From: a virus
DNA: 64,000 nt
IMG/VR virus record: IMGVR_UViG_3300042988_000771
Coordinates: 1-64,000 of that record
Strand: one strand, 5' to 3'
The position numbers were made by a program, and so were the translations under genes. The stretch's first letter is position 1. The number at the start of each line of letters is the position of its first letter. Under the pieces are notes generated by a model, which ran no database searches, was not told where the DNA came from, and was given only the letters and a program-made list of their open reading frames with translations. Shown here one piece after another: positions 46,663 to 55,687 of this stretch.

Positions 46663-47927
46663 CAGTCGTCCTCCTCCATCTGCGCGTCGCGCATGGCGAT
46701 CTCCTTGGCCCGCTCCATCTTGATCTCCTCGAACCGCCCCTCGTTGGGCAGGAACATCGTGGAGTAGATGACTCCCGACTCCCCCGAGCGATTGGCGTCG
46801 ATGAGGTAGGTGGCGACCGACTTGCTGCGGCGCTTCATGGTGACGATGACGTCGGCGTCCTGACCGAGGGCGTCGGACTGCGCGAGGTTCTTGGTGCGCG
46901 GTGGCTTCCAGCCCTTGACCTCGCCCTCGCGGTTGATCTGCGCGGCAGCGACGATGGGGACGGAGTTGACCTGCGCGATCTCCTTGGTGATGTTGGAGAT
47001 CGCGGCCATCATGCGCCAGTCCTCCACCGCCCTCTTGCCGAACGGGCTGATCAGCAGGCCCATGTGGTCGATCACGGCGAACTCGGTCTCCTTGGTGTGG
47101 GCGGCGATGGTCGCCGTGGAGATGCCGCCCTTGGAGGTGTCGATGACGAACAGTTCCGCACCGTTGAGGTGCTCGTTGATCTGCCCGACGAGCTTGCGGT
47201 AGCGGATGGGATCGAAGTGGCGCCCGTGCAGGTCCGTGTGCCGCACGTCCCTGATGCCCAACTCGTAGGCGAGCATGACGTGGATGCGGGTCATCACCTG
47301 CTTGCTCGGCATCTCACAGGAGAACAGCGTCGTGCGCCTGCCCGCGAGCAGCGCGTGGACGATCATGCTCGCCAGCGTCCATGACTTGCCCTGCTTGAGC
47401 CGGGCGGCGACCACCCAGAAGTCCCCAGCAGAAGGCCCACCCGTCGTCTTCTGAAGGGTGGGCCAGGGCATTTCGATGGAGTCGATCTTCTCGTCGTAGG
47501 TGTCCAGGAAGCTGAGGTCCTGCAACGCATTCGTCAGCTTGTAGGTGGCGAAGTTGCTGGGGTGCTGGATGGACGAGAAGAACGCGTAGGCCTCGTCGGT
47601 GTCGCCGTTCCGCAACGCCTCTCCTGCTCCTTGGAGTGCGGTCACCATGGTGCGGTGCGTGTGCTTGTCCTTGACCTCGTCGCAGATGAAGCCGACATCG
47701 ACGAACGCCTCGGAGTAGGGGAAGTCGGGGTACTTGGTCTTCAGCGCCTCGGCGCTGGGCTGCTTGTCGTAGTTCGACGGGTAGGCGATGAGCCAGCGGT
47801 ACTCCGACTGGTAGGTCTGGAACATCTCCGGAACCACCCCATACAGAGCCGCGGCCGAGGCATCGCCGATGTTGATCAGCGCACTGATCAACCTGGACTC
47901 GGTATTCGGTCGTTCGGGCATGGGCAC
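46662..47927 (-). CDS. dnaB: DnaB-like replicative helicase
   Basis: AARLKQGKS, FSCEM, IDHMGL, AQINR and SDALGQDAD. Confidence 0.88.
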   Translation of the reverse strand: MPMPERPNTESRLISALINIGDASAAALYGVVPEMFQTYQSEYRWLIAYPSNYDKQPSAEALKTKYPDFPYSEAFVDVGFICDEVKDKHTHRTMVTALQGAGEALRNGDTDEAYAFFSSIQHPSNFATYKLTNALQDLSFLDTYDEKIDSIEMPWPTLQKTTGGPSAGDFWVVAARLKQGKSWTLASMIVHALLAGRRTTLFSCEMPSKQVMTRIHVMLAYELGIRDVRHTDLHGRHFDPIRYRKLVGQINEHLNGAELFVIDTSKGGISTATIAAHTKETEFAVIDHMGLLISPFGKRAVEDWRMMAAISNITKEIAQVNSVPIVAAAQINREGEVKGWKPPRTKNLAQSDALGQDADVIVTMKRRSKSVATYLIDANRSGESGVIYSTMFLPNEGRFEEIKMERAKEIAMRDAQMEEDD

Positions 47928-47976
47928 ATTCCTACACTCTATTTACTATTCTGTCCAGACAAGTAGAATCTTCAGC

Positions 47977-48435
47977 ATGAGAGAGCATCGTGGCCCTTCG
48001 TGGGAAGAGCGCTTCTGGAAGTACGTCACCGTTGGCGCACCGGACGAGTGCTGGTTGTGGAAGGGATCGCGGACCCGCGCATACGGGTCGATGATCATCC
48101 GCGGCAGGCATTGGTATGCCCATCGAGTGTCGTGGACCATCGCGAACGGACCGATTCCCGATGGGGCCTTCATCCTCCACTCGTGTGACGTTCCGCTTTG
48201 CGTCAATCCGAGCCACCTGCGCCCTGGTGACGCCGCTATGAACGCTCGCGACATGGTCGAGCGGGGACGGCACTTGTTCGCAGCGGGAGGCTGGTGCATC
48301 AACGGGCATCAGTACACGCCTGACAACCTGATGCCCCCAGATCATCAGTGGAAGTGTCGTGCGTGCTACGAGGCACGACGTGCTCCTATGTCCAAGCGAG
48401 GCAACCGCGGCATGGAGCTTGTCCTTCCTGCTTAG
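47977..48435 (+). CDS. HNH homing endonuclease
   Basis: RFW..V...CWLW...YG...AHR.SW...LHSCD.P.CVNP.HL...N..DM, plus a C.NGH...C..C tail. TAGAAT lies 7 nt before the ATG. Confidence 0.85.
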   Translation: MREHRGPSWEERFWKYVTVGAPDECWLWKGSRTRAYGSMIIRGRHWYAHRVSWTIANGPIPDGAFILHSCDVPLCVNPSHLRPGDAAMNARDMVERGRHLFAAGGWCINGHQYTPDNLMPPDHQWKCRACYEARRAPMSKRGNRGMELVLPA

Positions 48436-48656
48436 ACCTTGCTGTCCAGTCCCCTGTGCCGGGCGGGGCAGGTACTCCTGTTCCCGGAAAGCAAGGGGTC
48501 ATGGGAGTCCTTGAGGCGAAAGGGTCAAGCTCCTACGACCCCGCCCGGCTGTGCATCCACACCGCCAGGAGACGGACGTCGAACGTAGCACCGCGTCCAT
48601 GTACGTGTCTCGCCATAGCCCGTACCCTGAGTAAGCGGGACAACCCGCGCATGAAG

Positions 48657-49070
48657 ATGGGAGCGCCGTTGTTCAACCACGATCTGACGGCCTTGGAGCA
48701 CAAGATCGACCTGCTTGCCCACGCCCTTCACCACATCGACGCACGACTAGACAGATTGGAACACCGCATGGCTACTCTCGAAGAGGTCACCGTTGCCCTT
48801 GAGGCCGCTGTCGACCGCATCGGCACGATCCTGACGGACGTCACGGCCGTCGCTACCAACGCACAGGCCGCTGCCACCGCAGCGCAGGAGGCCCTCGATG
48901 CCGCGAACGCCGCGGATGCCACCGAGGACGCCGACTTCCAGGCGCAGATCGACGCGCTGACCGCTGCCCTCACCGAGGCGCAGGCTGCTCTCCAGGCCCA
49001 GGCCGACGCGAACACCAACGCCGCTGCGCTCGTGCAGTCGCAGGTGGACGAGCTGAACGCCCTTCAGTAG
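48657..49070 (+). CDS. Ala-rich coiled-coil protein
   Basis: Heptad pattern throughout. Start uncertain. Confidence 0.6.
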   Translation: MGAPLFNHDLTALEHKIDLLAHALHHIDARLDRLEHRMATLEEVTVALEAAVDRIGTILTDVTAVATNAQAAATAAQEALDAANAADATEDADFQAQIDALTAALTEAQAALQAQADANTNAAALVQSQVDELNALQ

Positions 49071-49090
49071 CCCCCCACGCTGAAGGGGAA

Positions 49091-49123
49091 GAGGCCCGCC
49101 ACCGGTCAGCGGTGGCGGGCCTC
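49091..49123. terminator. Perfect 14-bp hairpin after the coiled-coil gene
   Basis: GAGGCCCGCCACCG-GTCAG-CGGTGGCGGGCCTC. Confidence 0.6.
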
Positions 49124-49276
49124 GCTGTTGACACCGGTCGGGATCGGGGTCTAGAAATGGACCACCCCCGCCGACCGAGGCAGGTCAACGGGGGTGAACG
49201 TCCAGCGAGGTGGTGCCCTCGCGTATTCCGATCCTACGGAATACCCACACCTCGTGACAAGCCCGAGGTGTTTTCC

Positions 49277-49474
49277 ATGAACAACGGACAGCGTGGGTAT
49301 TCCCAGCGCGAAGCCAAGCGCCGCCACCAGAAGACCATCTGGGTTGGCCGCACTCTTGGACGCGACGTCATCTGCCACAAGTGCAACAGCAGGATCTCGC
49401 GCGGCGAGCAGGGATTCACCAAGGCGAATCAGGTTGATCTCACCGAGTGGCACTGCGAGCCCTGCGTGACCTAG
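49277..49474 (+). CDS. Small Zn-finger protein
   Basis: CHKC...I..GE...HCEPC. Confidence 0.55.
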   Translation: MNNGQRGYSQREAKRRHQKTIWVGRTLGRDVICHKCNSRISRGEQGFTKANQVDLTEWHCEPCVT

Positions 49475-49869
49475 TCGGCTGGCGCCGACATCATCCCCGA
49501 GCGGCGTGGTTACAGCGGGGAGGCTGTCTGTCGGGTCCCGGTGGTTGGGCGACGGATACGCGAAGGATGCAGAACGCCCCCCCGCCTATAGGTGGCTCTT
49601 GTCTGAAAGCTGGTCACTGATGCTGGTGAGGGGGGGCTCCGCCCCCCCCAAGCATGTGACTTGCGACATACGAACGAACTGTCTAACCTCAGACTATGGA
49701 AGCGATGGGTATTGGAGAGTGCGATTCCTGCACTCGCCTCTACTTCCCCGGTGATGAGGTCTTCTCCCACATGGGTCAGACCTTCTGTTCCGCGTGCCAT
49801 GTGAAGTCTTCCTCGCGGTTCGCTGGCATCCTGCTCTGCTCTCATTAGGGACAGGTCTGCCCTGCGGGC

Positions 49870-49898
49870 TTGCACCACAGTAGAAGGTGCGCTATAGT
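49870..49898 (+). promoter_or_regulatory. SigA-type promoter for the putative ncRNA
   Basis: TTGCAC-N17-TATAGT. Confidence 0.6.
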
Positions 49899-49902
49899 GA
49901 AC

Positions 49903-50040
49903 GTGTAAGTCGAGGTTGGCTCTGCTGATCATCCAACCGCCCACAGCCTGAACAAGTGGTCACCCCGGTCGCCGGGAGGGGTTCGAGTCCCCAAAGGGCT
50001 GAGACTGACACCCAGGCCGCTGAGGATTCCCTCGCGGCCT
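49903..50040 (+). ncRNA. Putative structured ncRNA with a tRNA-like T-arm
   Basis: Closing stem GTGTAAGTC/GACTGACAC, hairpin GGTTGG/CCAACC, stem CAGCC/GGCTG enclosing GGGG-TTCGAGT-CCCC, and 3' hairpin AGGCCGC/GCGGCCT. Confidence 0.55.
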
Positions 50041-50046
50041 TCGATC

Positions 50047-50075
50047 TTGAGTCACACACGAAAGTGTGGTAAACT
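50047..50075 (+). promoter_or_regulatory. Early promoter 1 with palindromic spacer
   Basis: TTGAGT-N17-TAAACT with extended TG. Spacer contains CACAC-GAAA-GTGTG. Confidence 0.65.
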
Positions 50076-50188
50076 GTATGCGAGCGCCAGAGGTGTATCT
50101 GTCTCCCCCGTCAGATTGCCTCTGGCGCTCGCTTTTTGACCCCCAGGCACTCCCGCCTGGGGGTTTCGTCGTGTAGGAGGTGGTCACC

Positions 50189-51235
50189 TTGGTCGCTGAC
50201 CTTGGTGGTTTCGATGACATGTCCAAGAAGCTCATCCGCTCGATGGAGGCGTGTGGATGGACGGGACGACGAACAAGCAAGGGGCACTGGATAGGCAAGG
50301 CGCCTGATGGCTACACCATCACCGTCCCGCCGAAGATGTCCCGCGGCAATCGCACAGCGCAAAACTGCGAAGCGCAGTTCGCCCGCTGGCTACGCAGGCA
50401 AGCGCCTGAGGAGATTGCCGCCATCGAGGGAACCGACCTCATCGAGGACCCCATCCTCGCGGAGACGGTTCGCAACAAGGCTGTTCAGAAGGCCACGGAC
50501 GCCCTCTTGAAGAAGGCTCCCGTGGACCCGCTCAAGCAGTTCGAGCACGACATGGAGGTCCTCACCACGGCTATCACCGGCCCCAAGCCGGAGACCCGCG
50601 AGTTGGTCTCCACTCGCCCCTGGCTGGCCCGCAAGAAGCATGGGCCGATCGGTGGCGAGCGGTACGAGTCAGAGGCAGTGGTGGAGAACCGCTACTCCGA
50701 TGGCTCCGTGGAGTACGTCTGCGCCTTCGGGTGCGGCTACTCCAATCCGAACCCCAAGGGTGTGGCCGTCCACTACGGGCGCTCCCACACCATGAAGGGC
50801 GAGGTAGCGCCAGCCGGTGAGGGTCCACGCCACGTGGACGTCACCTACACCGAGCCGTCGTTCCACCGCGCCTACAACCCGCAGGAGCGCCTCGTGAAGG
50901 CGCTCACGTCGTGGTTGGAGGAGAACTGGACGGCCGAGCTGGACATGGACGAGGTCGCCACCATGTTCCTCACTTGGGCGCACGAGCGCCCCGATCTGGA
51001 GCATGTGGAGCGGGACGTCACCGCCTACACCGACGAGGAGATGGTCCAGCGCATCCGCGCGATCGTGGGCCAGCCCTTCTCAGTGGAGTTGAAGGACGCC
51101 ACTGCTGAGAACGACGCTCTGAAGGCGCTGGTGGAACAGCGCACGATAGAGCGTGATGAGGTCACCGCGCAGCTCGCGAAGGTGCAGCGTGACCTCGATG
51201 CCATCCGGGACATGTTGGGTGGCATAGGGCACTAA
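50189..51235 (+). CDS. HicA-like N-terminal domain, C2H2 finger and coiled coil
   Basis: GW..RRTSKGHW...PDG..ITVP...R...N, YVCAFGCGY...H...H and C-terminal heptads. TTG start follows AGGAGG. Confidence 0.6.
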   Translation: MVADLGGFDDMSKKLIRSMEACGWTGRRTSKGHWIGKAPDGYTITVPPKMSRGNRTAQNCEAQFARWLRRQAPEEIAAIEGTDLIEDPILAETVRNKAVQKATDALLKKAPVDPLKQFEHDMEVLTTAITGPKPETRELVSTRPWLARKKHGPIGGERYESEAVVENRYSDGSVEYVCAFGCGYSNPNPKGVAVHYGRSHTMKGEVAPAGEGPRHVDVTYTEPSFHRAYNPQERLVKALTSWLEENWTAELDMDEVATMFLTWAHERPDLEHVERDVTAYTDEEMVQRIRAIVGQPFSVELKDATAENDALKALVEQRTIERDEVTAQLAKVQRDLDAIRDMLGGIGH

Positions 51236-51238
51236 CCC

Positions 51239-51268
51239 TTGACACTAAGTGTTAGGGTGTGGCATACT
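51239..51268 (+). promoter_or_regulatory. Early promoter 2
   Basis: TTGACA-N18-CATACT with TGTGG upstream of the -10 and an ACAC-TAA-GTGT palindrome. Confidence 0.65.
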
Positions 51269-51351
51269 AAAGGCATCGGGCGACAGCTGTCTCTCGATGC
51301 AGCCCCCACAGGGCCTTCCTGTGGGGGCTTTCGGCGTTCTAAGGAGTCATC

Positions 51352-51519
51352 GTGGCTACCACGACAACCGTTCGTACCGCTGGTCACCTGAGCGAGATGC
51401 TGGTGGACGGCGTCCAAATCCTGGTCGGATGCACCTGTGGCTGGACGTGCAGCTGCGCAGTCTCCGACCAGGTCACGGCGTACGCGATGTACGCCTCCCA
51501 CGCCAAGGCTGCTCAGTAG
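51352..51519 (+). CDS. 55-aa Cys/His protein, not in the ORF track
   Basis: AAGGAG SD and GTG start. H...CTCGW...H. Confidence 0.55.
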   Translation: MATTTTVRTAGHLSEMLVDGVQILVGCTCGWTCSCAVSDQVTAYAMYASHAKAAQ

Positions 51520-51527
51520 CCAAGGCG

Positions 51528-51571
51528 AGCCCGCATAGGCGCAAGTGCCAGGTTCGAATCCTGGGCGGGCT
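51528..51571 (+). ncRNA. Mini tRNA-like element (acceptor stem plus T-arm only)
   Basis: AGCCCGC...CCAGG-TTCGAAT-CCTGG-GCGGGCT, with only 13 nt where the D and anticodon arms should be. Confidence 0.5.
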
Positions 51572-51622
51572 GCTAAGCCCCAGTCAACCGGCTGGGGCTT
51601 CTTCAATGATGAGGGAGTCATC

Positions 51623-51925
51623 ATGAGCATCTTCACCGACTTCACCGCAGCCCGCGAGACCCGCTACCCCGTGGGTGCCTATGTCGGGTACGACGGTTCC
51701 GTCGCAGAGTTCAAGGGCCACTGCGCCTTCGTGACGGACAGCGTCACGCTGGGCAGCGAGACCCGCTACACCCTCCGGTTCGGTAGCCGGGACGCCCTGA
51801 CCAACGTCAGGGGCCAGTCGATCTACTACGTCGCCATCACGCCTGAGACGCGTGAGCGCGGCGAGGCCATCCGCCGAGCGTGGATGCTCAAGCGGGGCCG
51901 ACTGAACGACCCCTACGCGAAGTAG
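51623..51925 (+). CDS. Hypothetical early protein
   Basis: GAGGGAG SD and ATG. Confidence 0.65.
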   Translation: MSIFTDFTAARETRYPVGAYVGYDGSVAEFKGHCAFVTDSVTLGSETRYTLRFGSRDALTNVRGQSIYYVAITPETRERGEAIRRAWMLKRGRLNDPYAK

Positions 51926-52209
51926 GGAGCAGGGCGAAACGCCGTGAGGCGTCCGCGGGTTGGTCCCGCGCTGATGAGCCCATCAGACAGCGGTGAGGGA
52001 GTCACCATGACCAAAGACGAGTACATCCGCGCTCAGTTCCAAGCGCAGATCGACGTCGCCTCGCTAGAGCTGACCACCACCCCGCTGGGGCGTCTGCTGG
52101 CTGTCGTCAGCGGCACTCCTCCCCTGGGGTGGACGAAGGAGCAGTTCGAGTCCGCCGTCGCAGCCCGCGGCGGTGTGCTGTGATTTTCAACTACAAGAAG
52201 GAGGAGCCC

Positions 52210-52812
52210 ATGGCACAAGCCGGTGGCAGCAAGGAAGCGTGGAACGCCCGTCAGAACCTGATGGACGCTGCACACCTGATCGAATCCGCCTGCGCATGGG
52301 CGGAGAAGGACGAGGAGGTCTACGACCGACTCGCCGCGTTCGAGTGGAACGTCGTCTCTGCTCCACTCGAAGAGAGCGCCCAGGAACTCCGCAGGGCCGC
52401 GGAGTCCATCGTCACCGCTCCTGCCCAGAAGTTCGAGGTCTGGGAGACCACCGAGCACCTGTGTGGCTACAGCGTGGCCTCCGGGGAATCGGACTACTGC
52501 TTCCACGAGGGCTGCTGGGAGGAGATGGTCTCGATCCGGCAGGCGCTCAGCTTGCAGCAGGCCGCGCGTCACCTCCTCCACAACTTCGAGGTGGACGAGG
52601 AGGACCGCTGGGACCAGGGCTACTCCTCCATGGTCACCAATCTTGCCGAGTGGCATGAGTGGTGGAACGCCTACATGAGCGGCTCCAAGAAGCAGTACGA
52701 CGCGCTCACCGAGGAGCAGAAGCAGCGGATCTCCTCCGTTGTGGACAACGGAGGGAAGTTCGAGGACTTCATCGCCCGCGAACTCTTCTTCATCGAGGAG
52801 GGGTCGAAGTGA
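52210..52812 (+). CDS. Hypothetical early protein
   Basis: GGAGGAG SD, acidic protein. Confidence 0.65.
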   Translation: MAQAGGSKEAWNARQNLMDAAHLIESACAWAEKDEEVYDRLAAFEWNVVSAPLEESAQELRRAAESIVTAPAQKFEVWETTEHLCGYSVASGESDYCFHEGCWEEMVSIRQALSLQQAARHLLHNFEVDEEDRWDQGYSSMVTNLAEWHEWWNAYMSGSKKQYDALTEEQKQRISSVVDNGGKFEDFIARELFFIEEGSK

Positions 52813-53025
52813 AGATCAAGAAGTGGAACCCGATCTTCAAGGAGATGATCCGGCAGTACAAAGAGTGGAAGTTCCTGGACGGTAAGGACTTCACGGTCCA
52901 CGTCGTTCCGCTGGATGTCTCCGACGACATCTCCAACGTGCTCAACGGAGAGCCCATCCCCGACGACCTACGTCGAAGGTGGGCAGACACCTTGGTCTAC
53001 GCCAAGACTCCGTCGATCATGAAAG

Positions 53026-53049
53026 CCACACACTAAAGTGTGGTAGACT
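53026..53049 (+). promoter_or_regulatory. Early promoter 3 (extended -10)
   Basis: CACAC-TAAA-GTGTGG-TAGACT, with the same spacer palindrome as promoters 1 and 2. The -35 is weak. Confidence 0.55.
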
Positions 53050-53183
53050 AAGGGCCTTCCCTGCGACAGCTCTATCCGAAATCCACCTGTCAGCCGGTCT
53101 CGTACCGGCTGGCACCGAGGCTTTTCGGAGCACTCAGCCCCAGACACTCCGTCTGGGGCTTTCGTCATGTTGAGGGAGTCATC

Positions 53184-53714
53184 ATGTCCAAGTCCGACAA
53201 CGCTCTGACCGTCGCCAAGATCGCTGGCCTGTTCGCGCTGGCCGGTCTCGCAGGCTACGGCGCCTACGTGCAGGCAGAGGCCGAGGCCGCCACCGAGGCG
53301 ACCGACGACCTGGCGACCCGCTTCGCCAAGGGCCTGCTCACCGAGGAGTACACCTTCTCGGGCATCCGCCGCACCAACGAGAACACCGTCTTCGTCCTCC
53401 ATGTGGTGGGCAAGGATGAGCAGTTCATCGACATCGCCCTCCAGCAGGGCGAGCAGGCGCTCGTGATCGACACCAACCTGCCCGGCGTCAAGGTCGGCAA
53501 GGCTGTCGTCATCACCAACGAGCGCCTCAGCGCGGAGGTTGACCGCTACGTCCGCACGGGCCACTCCTACTACGCGACCGATCGCCGCGTGCGGTTCTTC
53601 AGCATGCCGTTCGGCCAGCGCAACGAGGCCTTCCTCTTCGAGGTCCTCAAGAAGGGCGAGTTCGTCCCGATGTTCCTCGCGAACACGACGGACATGACCC
53701 TCTCGGTGCTCTGA
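53184..53714 (+). CDS. Hypothetical protein with N-terminal TM helix
   Basis: GAGGGAG SD and hydrophobic N-terminus. Confidence 0.65.
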   Translation: MSKSDNALTVAKIAGLFALAGLAGYGAYVQAEAEAATEATDDLATRFAKGLLTEEYTFSGIRRTNENTVFVLHVVGKDEQFIDIALQQGEQALVIDTNLPGVKVGKAVVITNERLSAEVDRYVRTGHSYYATDRRVRFFSMPFGQRNEAFLFEVLKKGEFVPMFLANTTDMTLSVL

Positions 53715-54169
53715 TGGAGCGCATCGAGCCCAAGCCGGGAGGCATCGTCCTCCCGGTGTTCGAGGAGAACGCCATCGTGCTGCATGCCGATGGGCAGTTC
53801 CACACCGTGGAGTTCCCCGAGAGCGAGAGTGAGCTGAACACGCTCCTCCACTCCACGGTGAACGGGTCACCGGAGCGCGTCGCCACCTACGTGGAGGGCG
53901 AGCGCTACGACCTGTGGGTCAACGACGAGTTCCTCGTCATCCCTGACCCGCCACCGTTCAACGTCATCGCGACGTTCTTCCACATGCTCGGACTCAAGGA
54001 CGAGTTCAAGGACACGGCCTTCATCGCGGGTGACGCCATCCTCACGGGTGGCGTCTCCTGGGATGGCATGACCCAGTCCTTGCGTCCCGAGCAGACCATG
54101 GCGCTCCTTGATCTCATCGCCTCGATCAAGGAAGCCGTCGAACACCATAGGAGGCGCATGGAGGGGTAG
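53714..54169 (+). CDS. DUF3846-like protein
   Basis: V.G..E...LWVNDE...P.N..AT...IAGDAILTG. Confidence 0.6.
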   Translation: MERIEPKPGGIVLPVFEENAIVLHADGQFHTVEFPESESELNTLLHSTVNGSPERVATYVEGERYDLWVNDEFLVIPDPPPFNVIATFFHMLGLKDEFKDTAFIAGDAILTGGVSWDGMTQSLRPEQTMALLDLIASIKEAVEHHRRRMEG

Positions 54170-54688
54170 ATGGGCAAGGACCACTTGATGGTGCTGTCCG
54201 TCTGCCCCGAGCGGGCTCGACCGCCAAATCGCCCGCCCGGATACGAGCAGGCGGACAACATGCTCATAGTCGGCGCCAGCAAGTACGACTGCTGGACCGT
54301 CGCGCAGGACATCCTGCATCAGAACCAGCCGTCTTCGCAGTACCCCGACGAGGGGTTCGTGGAGAGCGATTGCTGGGTCCTCTCGTGTGACTTCGACTGG
54401 CCGGAGAACGGCGTGGTTCTGGTCGACGAAGAGGACGAGGACTATCAGTACGACGACATCTTCAGTCGCATCGACGCACTGTCCGACATGGTGTCGCAAG
54501 ACGGTACCTACCTCGCCCATATGGACGGGGTGGATGCCACGCAAAACTGCGCCTGGTTGGTTGGGGACCTCCTCAACCTGACCTATCCCCAGGAGGGCGT
54601 CGATTTCTGGGAAGCGCGATGCGAGCCCTACGTGGAATGGCGGGCTTCGCTGTATGGCGGGAGGTTCCGCAACCGCACGGCCAGCTAG
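54170..54688 (+). CDS. Hypothetical acidic protein
   Basis: Abuts the upstream gene. Confidence 0.55.
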   Translation: MGKDHLMVLSVCPERARPPNRPPGYEQADNMLIVGASKYDCWTVAQDILHQNQPSSQYPDEGFVESDCWVLSCDFDWPENGVVLVDEEDEDYQYDDIFSRIDALSDMVSQDGTYLAHMDGVDATQNCAWLVGDLLNLTYPQEGVDFWEARCEPYVEWRASLYGGRFRNRTAS

Positions 54689-54952
54689 ACCGGACCCGTC
54701 AATCGTCGGGTCTGTGGCATCGAGGGAAGGAGCGGCCATGCGCCGCAACTCTCTGTCACGCGCCGACAACGCGACCTTCCTGGGTCTCGTCGTGCTCGTG
54801 GTGCTGCTCACGGCTCCCATGTGGGCAGTTGCAGCGGCTGGCCTTGCCGCCCCGCTGCTGATCGCAGGCGTCATCGCCGTCGCGATCGTCGCTGGCATCG
54901 CCAGCATCTTCAGCTAGGCCTTCTAACCAACCAACCCTAGGAGCTGGGACAC

Positions 54953-55687
54953 ATGTCCGAGACCACCATCACGACGGCCGAGCCCGTCGTCGAGACGACT
55001 GAGGTCGTCTCCGAGGAGACTCCCAAGCGGGGCTTCCTCAAGCGCTTCGCCTCGGCCTTTGCGGCCAAGGTCACCCAGGCGGCCAAGGCCGTCCAGTCCG
55101 CGTTCGTCCGCCTCTTCGGAGACAACGAGACCGAGATCCCCGAGAACGAGGGCTTCGTTCGCAAGGCCGCACGGTTCATCACCGCGATCCCGAAGTGGGC
55201 CACGCTGGTGGCCCTCAAGGCAGCGCAGGCCGTCGTGTGGTTCGCGCTGCTCGTCATCACCGTGGTCGTCACAGTGGTGCTGCTCATCGCAGCCGCTATC
55301 GTCTTCGCAATCGCGCTGGCGATCCAGACGGTCTTCAAGGTGCTCCAGGGCATCGCGCTGATCGCCCGCACTCCCTACCTGCTGGTCCGTGGCGACGACT
55401 GCTTCGCGACCGACTGGAAGGGCTACCTCCTCGGCTGGACCCCGCGCTTCTTCATGACGACCAGCATCCAGCAGGTCTACTTCATGAGGCAGTTGGACGC
55501 CGAGACGGCCGAGATCGTGGCGGAGAACCTCGCGGAGACCGAGGCCCCGCTGGAGGCCAAGCCCACGCTGACCGCTCACGCGGGTGGCAAGGGCAAAGCC
55601 ACGCCGCGGCGCAAGCCGAAGTCCAGCCCGCGCACCAAGCGGACTGAACTCCACACGCTTGCTGGCACGGCCGTTGCGCCTGCGTAG
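54953..55687 (+). CDS. Membrane protein with a long hydrophobic hairpin
   Basis: Hydrophobic stretch of about 45 aa, preceded by the start-associated motif. Confidence 0.65.
   Translation: MSETTITTAEPVVETTEVVSEETPKRGFLKRFASAFAAKVTQAAKAVQSAFVRLFGDNETEIPENEGFVRKAARFITAIPKWATLVALKAAQAVVWFALLVITVVVTVVLLIAAAIVFAIALAIQTVFKVLQGIALIARTPYLLVRGDDCFATDWKGYLLGWTPRFFMTTSIQQVYFMRQLDAETAEIVAENLAETEAPLEAKPTLTAHAGGKGKATPRRKPKSSPRTKRTELHTLAGTAVAPA

Noticed and set aside
40864-47927. Inteins or introns in dnaE or dnaB
   Set aside because: The ORFs are continuous and compact, with no intein splice motifs or LAGLIDADG inserts seen.
47977-48435. HNH endonuclease as part of a novel system
   Set aside because: It looks like an ordinary free-standing homing endonuclease at the strand switch.
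49475-49870. Non-coding stretch as replication origin or genome end
   Set aside because: Only a G7/C8 hairpin (~49630) was seen, with no iterons or AT-rich unwinding element, so the call cannot be supported.
49944-51571. Calling the two T-arm elements canonical tRNA genes
   Set aside because: Neither has an anticodon arm or a proper D-arm, so they are reported as tRNA-like elements only.
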